The notes beneath the pieces were generated by a model. That model saw only the letters and a program-made list of their open reading frames with translations. It was not told the origin of the DNA and ran no database searches. A stretch of DNA of 48,819 bases from Candidatus Levyibacteriota bacterium (GTDB lineage Bacteria > Patescibacteriota > Microgenomatia > Levybacterales > UBA12049), in the NCBI GenBank assembly GCA_003152105.1, contig PLZJ01000004.1, positions 1 through 48,819 of the forward strand, read 5' to 3'. This document shows positions 8,012 to 17,050 of this stretch, in pieces; position 1 is the first letter of the stretch, and every line of letters begins with the position of its first letter. Both the position numbers and the translations under genes were made by a program.

Positions 8012-8551
8012 ATGATATTAGGACCTAAACAAATACTGAATTTAGTTGCAACGATGAATCTGGTTGAAGGTTTATCTGAGAGAGAATTAACAAATCCTGA
8101 AGGTGCTGGTTTTGATTTGAGACTAGGGGAAGTTTATAAGATTACAGGCGATGCCTTCCTAGGAGAAACAGAAAGAAAAACTCCAGATATAAGTTTAGTC
8201 AAAGCTTACGATAAAAATAAAAATGGTTCAATTGTAATCAATCCCGGCGACTTTTTTTTAGTTAAAACTATTGAAACTATTAACGTGCCACAAAATTTAA
8301 CTGCTAATTTTAAACCCCGTACGACAACTTTTCGATCAGGACTGTTCTTGCGTACTGGTAATGTTGCACCAGGATATAGTGGTCCAGTAACGTTCGCGCT
8401 TAAAAATGAAGGTCCAGTTTCAGTTACGTTAGAAATGGGTGCACGAATAGTACATATTCAGTTTGAGGAAGTTAAAGGTGGAGGAAGTTTGTATCGCGGA
8501 CAATGGCAAGGTGGAAGAGTGTCTGCAGTTAAAAAAGAAGTGCAGGTTTGA
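8012..8551 (+). CDS. dCTP deaminase/dUTPase-family protein (probable dUTPase, 179 aa)
   Basis: GFDLRLGEVY, NPGDFFLV, APGYSG and the C-terminal YRGQWQGG belong to the Dcd/Dut trimeric family. It is shorter than Dcd and distinct from it. Confidence 0.65.
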   Translation: MILGPKQILNLVATMNLVEGLSERELTNPEGAGFDLRLGEVYKITGDAFLGETERKTPDISLVKAYDKNKNGSIVINPGDFFLVKTIETINVPQNLTANFKPRTTTFRSGLFLRTGNVAPGYSGPVTFALKNEGPVSVTLEMGARIVHIQFEEVKGGGSLYRGQWQGGRVSAVKKEVQV

Positions 8552-8570
8552 TTTTTAACGTTTAATCTAC

Positions 8571-9539
8571 ATGAATAAAACACATCAAGAATATCAATAT
8601 TTAGATTTATTGCAAGATGTCTTAGATAACGGGGTTAGAAGTGTTGATAGAGGGACAGACGCGGTGCTATATGGAGTTTTTGGAAGACAAACCAGGTACG
8701 ATTTATCGAAAGAATTTCCCTTACTTACAACAAAAAGAGTTTATTGGAAGGGTGTATTACATGAACTCTATTGGTTTCTATCAGGTCAATCGAATATAAA
8801 ATACTTAGTAGATAATAATGTGCACATTTGGGATGACTATCCATTCAAAATGTATAAAAAATTAGCAGCTAAAAAGTCATTGCCAAATTTATCCAAAGAG
8901 GAATTTATAGAAAAAATACATACAGACACTGCATTTGCTAAAAAGCACGGAGATCTAAAAAGAATTTACGGAGAGCTATGGAGAAGATGGCCAACAAAAT
9001 ATGGTAAGACAATTGATCAATTGTCATGGGTGATTCAAGAGCTTAAAGATGATCCTGATGCAAAAAACTTAATTGTAACTTCATGGAATCCTGAATATCT
9101 TTATACTATGGCAAGAAACGAAGATGCGTCACGTTTTCCAATTTGTCACAATATGTACCAAATCAGCCAAAAAGGGGGCAAATTAAATCTTCAGCTTTAT
9201 CAACGTAGTGCAGACCTTTTTTTGGGAGTACCATTTAATATCGCTTCCTATTCGCTATTATTACTCATTCTTGCCGATATAACTGGGTATGAGCCAGGAG
9301 AGTTTATACATACGTTTGGCGACGCGCACATTTATGAAAATCATATTGAGCAAGTGAAGGAACAACTAAAACGAACACCAAAACCATTTCCAAAAGTAAA
9401 ATTAGAACCACAACCAAAAGCTTTGCAGGATTTTTTACCTGAACATGTTTTTCTCGAAAATTATGATTCGTGGCCACTTCTTAAAGGTGAACTAACAGTT
9501 GCAGGGGGATTGTATGAACAAAACGAAGAAGAAAAATGA
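8571..9539 (+). CDS. thyA: Thymidylate synthase (long, Lactobacillus-casei-type with insertion)
   Basis: Catalytic Cys in RFPICHNMYQ. LYQRSADLFLGVPFNIASY (Asn, meaning dUMP-specific) and GDAHIYENH are present. An insertion follows HIWDD and ends in AFAKKHGDLKRIYGELWRRW. Confidence 0.9.
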   Translation: MNKTHQEYQYLDLLQDVLDNGVRSVDRGTDAVLYGVFGRQTRYDLSKEFPLLTTKRVYWKGVLHELYWFLSGQSNIKYLVDNNVHIWDDYPFKMYKKLAAKKSLPNLSKEEFIEKIHTDTAFAKKHGDLKRIYGELWRRWPTKYGKTIDQLSWVIQELKDDPDAKNLIVTSWNPEYLYTMARNEDASRFPICHNMYQISQKGGKLNLQLYQRSADLFLGVPFNIASYSLLLLILADITGYEPGEFIHTFGDAHIYENHIEQVKEQLKRTPKPFPKVKLEPQPKALQDFLPEHVFLENYDSWPLLKGELTVAGGLYEQNEEEK

Positions 9540-10054
9540 TTAAACCTCAAATTAGTCTCATAGCTGCTTTAGACAGTAAAAGAGGAATTGGAAGAGATAA
9601 TGCGTTAATATTTCATGCTCCATCTGATATGAAGCGATTCCGTGATTTAACTCGTGGGCACGTAATAATCATGGGTAGAAAGCAATTCGAATCAAAGGAG
9701 CAAGGGGCCAAGCCTTTGCCACATAAGGTTAATATTATTGTTACAAGAGATACTTCCTATAACGGAAACGGAGCAATAGTGGTGCATTCATTTGAGCAAG
9801 CAATTGAAAAAGCAAAACAATTAGAAAAAGAGGAAATATTTGTTATCGGTGGTGGTCAAATTTTTAATGAAGCTATTTCTGTTGCAGATAAGTTATATTT
9901 AACGCTTGTTGACGCTGATTTGCATGCTCAGGTGTTTTTTCCAGATTACTCTTCATTTAACAATATAGTAGCTAAAGAAGAACTTGATGAAAACGGATTT
10001 CATTTTACGTTTTTAGATCTTCAGAGAAATAAAAATATTAAGAATGCTCATTGA
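9536..10054 (+). CDS. folA: Dihydrofolate reductase
   Basis: ISLIAALDSKRGIG, IIMGRKQFES and VIGGGQIF motifs. ATGA overlap with thyA. Confidence 0.85.
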   Translation: MIKPQISLIAALDSKRGIGRDNALIFHAPSDMKRFRDLTRGHVIIMGRKQFESKEQGAKPLPHKVNIIVTRDTSYNGNGAIVVHSFEQAIEKAKQLEKEEIFVIGGGQIFNEAISVADKLYLTLVDADLHAQVFFPDYSSFNNIVAKEELDENGFHFTFLDLQRNKNIKNAH

Positions 10055-10079
10055 CGGATACACATTTTTTTGCTAAAGT
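10051..10079 (+). promoter_or_regulatory. Promoter of the pyrB operon
   Basis: TTGACG (10051-10056), 17-nt spacer, TGc-TAAAGT (10071-10079). Confidence 0.5.
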
Positions 10080-10085
10080 TTAATC

Positions 10086-10127
10086 CCAGAGCGTATTGTA
10101 TGAAAATGCAAAAAGCCCTGGTTTTTT
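10086..10127 (+). promoter_or_regulatory. Candidate transcription attenuator in the pyrB leader
   Basis: Stem CCAGaGC (10086-10092) / GCcCTGG (10115-10121) is followed at once by TTTTTT (10122-10127), 12 nt before the pyrB ATG. A 17-codon mini-ORF (10100-10153) reads through the 3' arm and the U-tract. Confidence 0.4.
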
Positions 10128-10139
10128 ATGACTACATAG

Positions 10140-11099
10140 ATGCAATACATTAACGGTGCTTTTAAGAATAAACATATCTTGTCGCTTGATCAATTTACGA
10201 AAAAGGATATAGAAATATTATTTACCCACGTACCGTCAATGAAAAAACTTGCAGTCAATGCAAAGCCTTCCTCAATACTTTCAGGTTCATTAGTAACTAT
10301 GTTGTTCTTTGAGCCCTCTAGTAGAACTTTTTCATCATTTTCAGCTTCTGTCAAGCAATTAGGTGGTCAAACTATTACCATTCATGATCCAGTAAATATA
10401 TCGTCTTTCTCTAAAGGTGAAACACTTGAAGATGCTATTCAAGTGTTTGAAGCATATTGTGATGCGATAGTTTTGAGACACTCTGTAGCCGGTATGGCAC
10501 AAAAAGCTGCAATTGCAGCACAATCAGTGCCAATTATTAATGCAGGTGATGGTATAGGAGAACATCCTACGCAAGCACTTCTTGATTTATATACGATATA
10601 TGAGGCACATAAAAAATTAGATAATTTAACCGGAGTTATGGTTGGAGATTTACTAAATGGGAGAACCGTTCATTCGTTACTTAGAGGATTATCTCTATAT
10701 AAAGGTAATACTATTTACTTACTTTCTCCCAATAGCCTACAACTTTCTAAGAAAGATGTAGATATGTTTACAAAGAATGGCTTGCGATTAATTACCATCA
10801 AAAACATAGAAGAGCTTCCAAAAAACGCTCATTTTTGGTATTGGACACGTGTTCAAAAAGAAAGATTTAAAAGTATAAGTGAATGCGAAAGAGTAAAAAA
10901 TAAGTTCATTTTATCCAATAAAATTATCGCAAAATATGCAGGAAAAAGTACGTTATTTATGCATCCTTTGCCTCGAGTGGGAGAGATATTAACTGAAGTT
11001 GATAATGATCCTCGGGCAGTGTATTTAACTTCTCAAATTAGAAATGGTATGTATGTACGTATGGCTCTACTTGGTTTAGTTATGGGGAAATTAAAATAA
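10140..11099 (+). CDS. pyrB: Aspartate carbamoyltransferase catalytic chain
   Basis: SSRTFSSF, HPTQALLD and HPLPRV motifs. Confidence 0.9.
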   Translation: MQYINGAFKNKHILSLDQFTKKDIEILFTHVPSMKKLAVNAKPSSILSGSLVTMLFFEPSSRTFSSFSASVKQLGGQTITIHDPVNISSFSKGETLEDAIQVFEAYCDAIVLRHSVAGMAQKAAIAAQSVPIINAGDGIGEHPTQALLDLYTIYEAHKKLDNLTGVMVGDLLNGRTVHSLLRGLSLYKGNTIYLLSPNSLQLSKKDVDMFTKNGLRLITIKNIEELPKNAHFWYWTRVQKERFKSISECERVKNKFILSNKIIAKYAGKSTLFMHPLPRVGEILTEVDNDPRAVYLTSQIRNGMYVRMALLGLVMGKLK

Positions 11100-12193
11100 T
11101 GGTAAGTGCGATTTTGGAATTAGAAGATGGATCAAAAATAAATGGTTTAAGTTTTGGTGGAGAAAATAGTACCGCAGGAGAAGTGGTTTTCTCAACAGGG
11201 ATGATGGGTTATCCTGAAAGCTTAACCGACCCTTCCTATAAAGGTCAAATATTAGTTTTAACGTACCCAATAATTGGGAATTATGGAGTTCCCGAAAGGC
11301 ATGTTTGGGAATCCAATAATATTCAAGTATCTGGACTTATCGTAAGTCAATATAACGATACGCCATCTCACTTTCAAAGTGTTCAGTCGCTTTCACAATG
11401 GTTTAAAAAGGAGAATAAACCGCTTTTACAAATAAAAGATACGCGTTACTTAACACAAAAAATTAGAGATAAAGGCGCAATGCTTGCTAGAATAAACTTT
11501 AAAGGAGAGCTTAAGTGGTATGATCCAAATACGGAAAACCTCGTAGAGAAAGTTTCTACAAAAGAGATCATTGTTCAAATTCCAACCAAAGAAAGCACTA
11601 AGATTATTTTATTAATTGATTGCGGGGCAAAGAGAAATATTCAAAATGCATTATTAAAACGTGGCGTAACTGTTGTTACGGTGCCTTGGGATTTTGACAT
11701 CACAAGTTCAGTGCATAAAGCAAAACTTGAGCAGACTTTGGGACTAGAGCAAAACAAAAAGAAAAAACTAATAGATGGGGTTATTATTTCAAACGGCCCA
11801 GGTGACCCAATATTTGTAAAACAAACCATTGAAAATATTAAAAAACTACTACAATCTAATATTCCTACAATGGGTATATGTTTAGGTCATCAATTGTTAT
11901 CGCTTGCAGCGGGAGGTAAAACAAAAAAACTAAAATATGGCCATCGAAGTCAAAATCAACCATGTATTCTTGAAGGTTCAAGTCGGTGCTATATCACAAC
12001 GCAAAATCATGGGTTTGCCGTATCTGAAATCCCAAAAGGATTTAAGCAATGGTTTTATAATGCAAATGATAATTCAAATGAAGGTATTCACCATAAATCA
12101 AAACCATTCTTCTCTGTACAATTTCATCCTGAAGCAACCCCAGGTCCTGAAGATGCTGAATGGCTTTTTGATTATTTTTTAAAAAAACTATGA
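11099..12193 (+). CDS. carA: Carbamoyl-phosphate synthase small (glutaminase) subunit
   Basis: GICLGHQLL catalytic Cys and the VQFHPE triad. TAATG overlap with pyrB. Confidence 0.9.
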   Translation: MVSAILELEDGSKINGLSFGGENSTAGEVVFSTGMMGYPESLTDPSYKGQILVLTYPIIGNYGVPERHVWESNNIQVSGLIVSQYNDTPSHFQSVQSLSQWFKKENKPLLQIKDTRYLTQKIRDKGAMLARINFKGELKWYDPNTENLVEKVSTKEIIVQIPTKESTKIILLIDCGAKRNIQNALLKRGVTVVTVPWDFDITSSVHKAKLEQTLGLEQNKKKKLIDGVIISNGPGDPIFVKQTIENIKKLLQSNIPTMGICLGHQLLSLAAGGKTKKLKYGHRSQNQPCILEGSSRCYITTQNHGFAVSEIPKGFKQWFYNANDNSNEGIHHKSKPFFSVQFHPEATPGPEDAEWLFDYFLKKL

Positions 12194-15100
12194 AAACATA
12201 TAATAAAATATTAATTTTAGGATCAGGTGCGTTAAAAATTGGAGAAGCTGGTGAATTTGACTATTCTGGATCACAAGCAATTAAGGCATTAAAAGAAGAA
12301 GGAATAAAAACCGTTTTAGTAAATCCAAATATTGCTACCATTCAAACCTCCAAAGAATTAGCTGATATTATTTATTTTCTTCCAGTAAATCCTTTCTTTG
12401 TTGAAAAAATTATAAAAAAAGAAAGACCAGATGGAGTCTTTTTGTCATTTGGTGGTCAAACAGCGTTAAATTGTGGCATAGAGCTCTATAAAAAAGGTAT
12501 TTTTAAAAAATATAATATAGAGATATTAGGTTCTCCAATTTCTGCAATAATTTTATCTGAGGATAGAGAAAAATTTTCAACTCATTTAAAAAAAATAGGA
12601 GTTTCGACTCCGCCAAGTAAGGCAGCAACCAATAAAAAAGATGCATTGGTGATTGCAAATGCAATTGGATATCCAGTAATGATTCGATCCGGATTTGCAC
12701 TTGGAGGACAAGGGAGTGGTATTGCGGCAAATCAAAAAGAATTAGACCAAATGCTAGATGGAGCATTTTCATTTGTTAAACAAGTTCTTGTTGAGAAATA
12801 CCTACATCACTTTAAAGAAGTTGAATATGAAGTTGTAAGAGATAAGGATGATAACTGCGTTACGGTATGTAATATGGAAAACATGGATCCACTTGGAATT
12901 CATACTGGTGAATCGATAGTTATTGCTCCATCGCAGACATTAACAAATGCTGAATACCATAAGCTAAGAACCATTTCAATTAAGATTGTTAGAAGTTTGA
13001 AAATAGTAGGAGAATGCAACGTGCAATTTGCATTAAACCCAAAACCTAAAAATGGTGATATTGAATATTATGTTATTGAACTCAATGCGAGACTTTCTCG
13101 AAGTTCAGCGCTTGCAAGTAAAGCAACTGGTTATCCGTTAGCCTATGTTGCTGCTAAATTAGCTCTTTTTAAGAACTTAACCCAGCTACAAAATAAGGTA
13201 ACAAAAAAAACTCAATTTTGTTTTGAACCCGCCTTAGATTATGTGACAGTAAAATTGCCTCGTTGGGATATTAATAAATTTAAAGGAGCAGAAGAAACTA
13301 TCGGAAGTAGTATGAAATCTGTTGGAGAAGTAATGGGAATAGGACGTACTTTTGAAGAAGCATATCAGAAAGCAATAAGAATGCTTGATCTTGATTTTGA
13401 AGGAGCTGTTAGTGAAATCGTATTTGACGAGAAGCCAATAACAAAAAAGGCGATTAAAGAGTTATTAATTCATCCTACGCCAAAACGAATGTTTGTCTTA
13501 TCAAGAGCCTTGCAAGACGGATTTACTATCGATCAAATTCATGATTTAACGGGGATAGATAAATGGTTTTTGTATAGGATTAAAAATATAATAACTATTG
13601 AAAAAGAGATTAGTCTATTACCGAAAGTTGATAAGGATTTGCTACTTTTAGCAAAACAGAATGGTCTTTCTGATAAGCGAATAGGAGAACTGATTGGTAA
13701 AACCGGATTAGAGATTCGAAAGATACGAAAAGAACTACACATACTTCCTTCAGTATTTTCAATTGATACATTAGCAGGGGAATTCCCAGCAGAAACGAAT
13801 TATCTCTATTTAACATATAACGGAAGCCATAATGATATAAAGCCATTTAATAAAGATGGAGTAATAGTACTTGGGTCTGGGCCATATCGCATTGGATCAT
13901 CTGTAGAATTTGATTGGTGCTGCGTAAATACTGTGTGGGAACTTAAAAAACATAAGAAAAAGTCAATTGTTATTAATTGTAATCCAGAAACTGTTTCAAC
14001 TGACTATGATATATCGGATAGGTTATATTTTGAAGAATTAACATTTGAGAGAATTGCGGATATTTATGAGTTTGAACAATCGTTTGGCATAATAGTTTCA
14101 GTTGGAGGTCAAACTCCCAATAATCGAGCTAAGGCATTAAACGCACAAGGATTTCCAATAATGGGTACAAACCCAAAAAATATTGATAAAGCAGAGAATC
14201 GATCCTTATTTTCAGCTTTATTAGATGAACTACATATTGATCAACCACCTTGGAGCTCGTTTAGTTCCATAAAAGAAGCTGTGGTATTTGCAGAAAAAGT
14301 AAGTTTTCCAGTTTTAATTAGGCCTTCCTATGTTTTATCAGGAACTTATATGCATATTTGCTATACAAAAGAAGAGCTAACTGATTTTCTACAAAAAATG
14401 TCGCGAGTATCAAAAGAGTATCCTGTGACAGTATCCAAATTTATAGAAGATGCAAAGGAAATTGAATTAGATTGTATTGCTCAAAACGGAATTCTCAAAG
14501 GTTTTATTATTTCAGAACATATTGAAAACGCGGGTGTTCACTCTGGAGACGCCTCTATTGTATTGCCACCACAAAAAATCTATCTTGAAACATTTAAAAA
14601 ACTTAAAAAAATAGCACAGGATATTGCAAAGGCACTTGATGTAAGTGGTCCATTTAATATGCAATGTTTAGCAAAAAATAATGAGGTATCGGTTATTGAA
14701 GTTAATCTAAGAACATCTCGTACATTTCCATTTATCTCAAAGGTTACAGGAATTAATTTTATAGCTCTTTCTGTAGATGCTTTTTTTAACAAACCTGTAG
14801 CTCCGGTACGAATTTTGGAATATAATTTTGTAGCTACAAAGGTTGCTCAGTTTTCATTCGCTAGATTAAAAGGTGCAGATCCTGTATTAGATGTTGAAAT
14901 GGCATCAACTGGAGAAGTGGCTTGTTTTGGAGTAGATATTGAATCAGCTTTTTTAAAGGCAGAATTGTCAGTTGGAGGTAAGATTCCAAAAATTGGAGTT
15001 TTTCTTGGTCTTGGAGGAGAAGAGAATAAAATTAAATTTCTAGAAAGCGCGAAGAGATTAGACGAAATGAAATTAAAGCTTTACGCAACTGAACAAACTG

Positions 15101-15399
15101 CAAAATTTTTGCAACTTCATGGAATTAATGTAAAAAAATTATTTAAAATTCACGAGAAACAAAAACCTAACATTTTAGAGTATTTCCAAAAAGGAAAAAT
15201 CGATTTAGCAATAAATATTACTGATAGATTTATTAAGAAAAATGTAAACGATGATTATATTATCAGACGTGCTGCAGTTGATCAAAATATACCATTGTTT
15301 ACAAATATGCAGAAAGCTGAGTTATTTGTAAAAGCTATATCAGAGAAAGATCCAAATGACTTTCCGATTGGATCATGGAACGAATATGTTACTGGATAG
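12190..15399 (+). CDS. carB: Carbamoyl-phosphate synthase large subunit
   Basis: 1069 aa with two ATP-grasp repeats (GSGALKIGEAGEFDYSG / GSGPYRIGSSVEFDWC). ATGA overlap with carA. Confidence 0.95.
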   Translation: MKTYNKILILGSGALKIGEAGEFDYSGSQAIKALKEEGIKTVLVNPNIATIQTSKELADIIYFLPVNPFFVEKIIKKERPDGVFLSFGGQTALNCGIELYKKGIFKKYNIEILGSPISAIILSEDREKFSTHLKKIGVSTPPSKAATNKKDALVIANAIGYPVMIRSGFALGGQGSGIAANQKELDQMLDGAFSFVKQVLVEKYLHHFKEVEYEVVRDKDDNCVTVCNMENMDPLGIHTGESIVIAPSQTLTNAEYHKLRTISIKIVRSLKIVGECNVQFALNPKPKNGDIEYYVIELNARLSRSSALASKATGYPLAYVAAKLALFKNLTQLQNKVTKKTQFCFEPALDYVTVKLPRWDINKFKGAEETIGSSMKSVGEVMGIGRTFEEAYQKAIRMLDLDFEGAVSEIVFDEKPITKKAIKELLIHPTPKRMFVLSRALQDGFTIDQIHDLTGIDKWFLYRIKNIITIEKEISLLPKVDKDLLLLAKQNGLSDKRIGELIGKTGLEIRKIRKELHILPSVFSIDTLAGEFPAETNYLYLTYNGSHNDIKPFNKDGVIVLGSGPYRIGSSVEFDWCCVNTVWELKKHKKKSIVINCNPETVSTDYDISDRLYFEELTFERIADIYEFEQSFGIIVSVGGQTPNNRAKALNAQGFPIMGTNPKNIDKAENRSLFSALLDELHIDQPPWSSFSSIKEAVVFAEKVSFPVLIRPSYVLSGTYMHICYTKEELTDFLQKMSRVSKEYPVTVSKFIEDAKEIELDCIAQNGILKGFIISEHIENAGVHSGDASIVLPPQKIYLETFKKLKKIAQDIAKALDVSGPFNMQCLAKNNEVSVIEVNLRTSRTFPFISKVTGINFIALSVDAFFNKPVAPVRILEYNFVATKVAQFSFARLKGADPVLDVEMASTGEVACFGVDIESAFLKAELSVGGKIPKIGVFLGLGGEENKIKFLESAKRLDEMKLKLYATEQTAKFLQLHGINVKKLFKIHEKQKPNILEYFQKGKIDLAINITDRFIKKNVNDDYIIRRAAVDQNIPLFTNMQKAELFVKAISEKDPNDFPIGSWNEYVTG

Positions 15400-15433
15400 A
15401 TACTGCAATTCTTGTGCAGAGCTTGCTTATTTT

Positions 15434-15442
15434 TGCTATATT
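15434..15442 (+). promoter_or_regulatory. Extended -10 (TGcTATATT) 7 nt upstream of the pyrF ATG
   Basis: tTTGCTATATT-taaattt-ATG at 15450. Confidence 0.45.
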
Positions 15443-15449
15443 TAAATTT

Positions 15450-16271
15450 ATGAACGTTAAAACAAAATTTACAAATTGTATGGATCGAAATAATTCATTG
15501 GTTTGTATTGGATTGGATAGTGATGTTAAGAAGCTTCCATCTCATCTAGAAAAAGAAAAAAATCCTCAATTTGCGTTCAATAAAGAAATAATTGATAGTA
15601 CAAGTGATCTCGTGTGTTGCTATAAGCCCAATAGTGCATTTTACGAAGCAAATGGTGCAAGAGGTGTTGAACAACTGAAAATGACTTGTGATTATATTAA
15701 AAATAAATACCCTGAAATTCCAATAATTCTTGACGCAAAAAGAGCAGATATTGGTAATACAAATGATGGGTATACAGCTTACACATTTGATTATCTGGGC
15801 GTGGATGCTGTCACGTTGCAGCCATATCTGGGGAGTGAAGCACTAGCACCATTTTTATCCAGAAAAGATAAAGTGGCCATTATTCTTTGTAGAACTTCCA
15901 ATCCTGGGGCAGGAGAGATGCAAGATGTAAAAGTAGACGGTGAACCATACTATATATATTTGGCTAAAAAAGTAAAAGAGGAATGGAATAAACTAGATAA
16001 TTGTATGTTGGTTGTAGGCGCAACTTATCCTGAAGAACTAGCAAAAGTACGAAAGCTAGTAGGAGATATGACTCTTTTAGTTCCAGGAGTTGGTAGTCAA
16101 GGTGGAGATATTGAGCAATCGGTAAGAGCAGGAATGAATTCTGAAAAGAAAGGCATGATTATTAACTCTTCACGTGGAATAATTTTTGCCTCAGATGGTT
16201 TAGATTTTGCTCAAAAGGCAAGACAGGAAGCAGAAAAATTACGAAATGAAATTAATAACTACAGAAAGTAA
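15450..16271 (+). CDS. pyrF: Orotidine-5'-phosphate decarboxylase (type 2)
   Basis: VCIGLDSD and LDAKRADIGNT motifs. The ORF-track start at 15375 overlaps carB and adds 25 non-conserved residues. The ATG at 15450 sits 7 nt after a TGcTATATT box. Confidence 0.85.
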   Translation: MNVKTKFTNCMDRNNSLVCIGLDSDVKKLPSHLEKEKNPQFAFNKEIIDSTSDLVCCYKPNSAFYEANGARGVEQLKMTCDYIKNKYPEIPIILDAKRADIGNTNDGYTAYTFDYLGVDAVTLQPYLGSEALAPFLSRKDKVAIILCRTSNPGAGEMQDVKVDGEPYYIYLAKKVKEEWNKLDNCMLVVGATYPEELAKVRKLVGDMTLLVPGVGSQGGDIEQSVRAGMNSEKKGMIINSSRGIIFASDGLDFAQKARQEAEKLRNEINNYRK

Positions 16272-16300
16272 TTGACTTGAAGAAAAAATATTGAAATAAT
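16272..16300 (+). promoter_or_regulatory. Promoter immediately upstream of pyrE
   Basis: TTGACT (16272-16277), 17 nt, TGa-AATAAT (16292-16300), then 8 nt to the ATG at 16309. Confidence 0.45.
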
Positions 16301-16308
16301 ATCTCAGT

Positions 16309-16965
16309 ATGAACGAACAAATTAGCAATGAAGTTTTAGAAATGCTTAGAAAGTCAGGAGGAGTGATTACAGATAGTCACTTTGTGTATACATCTGGTAA
16401 GCACGGGAGTGTATATGTAAATAAAGATGCACTATATCCTCATACCAAATATTCTTCTCAAGTTGGAAAGCTATTTGCAGAACTTCATAAAGATCAAGAA
16501 ATCGATGTAGTTGCAGCTCCCGCACTTGGAGGAATAATTTTATCTCAGTGGACTGCATTCCATTTGTCTAGTATCAAAAATAGGGATATTTTAGGAGTTT
16601 ATACTGAAAAAGACAGTGAAAAAAATCAAATATTCACTCGTGGATACGATAAGCTTGTAAAAGGAAAGAATGTATTAGTAATTGAAGATCTCACGACAAC
16701 TGGAGGTTCTGTATTGAAAGTTGTAAATACAGTCAGTAACGCAGGGGGTAAAGTCGTAGCTGTTTCAGTAATGGTAAATCGTGATCCTGAAAAAATTAAT
16801 ACTGAAATGATGGGTGTACCTTTTACTTCTTTAGCAATACTTAAGGCTGAAGCATGGGAAGAAAATGAATGCAAGTTGTGTGATGAAAATGTTCCTATAA
16901 ATACTAATGTAGGACATGGTAAGAAATATCTTGAAGCAAAAAAGCATGCTTCGCAGATAAAATAA
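16309..16965 (+). CDS. pyrE: Orotate phosphoribosyltransferase
   Basis: PRPP loop VLVIEDLTTTGGS. Size and context fit PyrE. Confidence 0.85.
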   Translation: MNEQISNEVLEMLRKSGGVITDSHFVYTSGKHGSVYVNKDALYPHTKYSSQVGKLFAELHKDQEIDVVAAPALGGIILSQWTAFHLSSIKNRDILGVYTEKDSEKNQIFTRGYDKLVKGKNVLVIEDLTTTGGSVLKVVNTVSNAGGKVVAVSVMVNRDPEKINTEMMGVPFTSLAILKAEAWEENECKLCDENVPINTNVGHGKKYLEAKKHASQIK

Positions 16966-17050
16966 TAAAGAGGTAGGCTGCATAGAGTAATAAGAGAAGC
17001 CTGGATCAGGCAAAAACACCTAACCCAGGCTCAAGTATTCAAAATTCTCC

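Noticed and set aside
8571-9539. Could the ThyA homolog be a dUMP/dCMP hydroxymethylase making modified bases, given the extra kinases and deaminases?
   Set aside because: It has the dUMP-specifying Asn (LGVPFNIASY) and the full L. casei-type ThyA insertion. It overlaps folA by ATGA, and DHFR is needed only by a true thymidylate synthase. Nothing in the sequence points to hydroxymethylase chemistry.
15375-15449. ORF-track N-terminal extension of pyrF that overlaps carB by 25 nt.
   Set aside because: The extension (MERICYWIDTAILVQSLLIFAIFKF) is not OMP-decarboxylase-like. The ATG at 15450 is preceded by TGcTATATT-N7, the start geometry seen at many other genes.
16998-17031. Hairpin AGCCTGG (16998-17004) / CCAGGCT (17025-17031) between convergent pyrE and the membrane gene, as a bidirectional terminator.
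   Set aside because: It has only 7 bp with a 20-nt loop and no flanking T/A runs on either strand. That is too weak to call, though it may contribute to termination.
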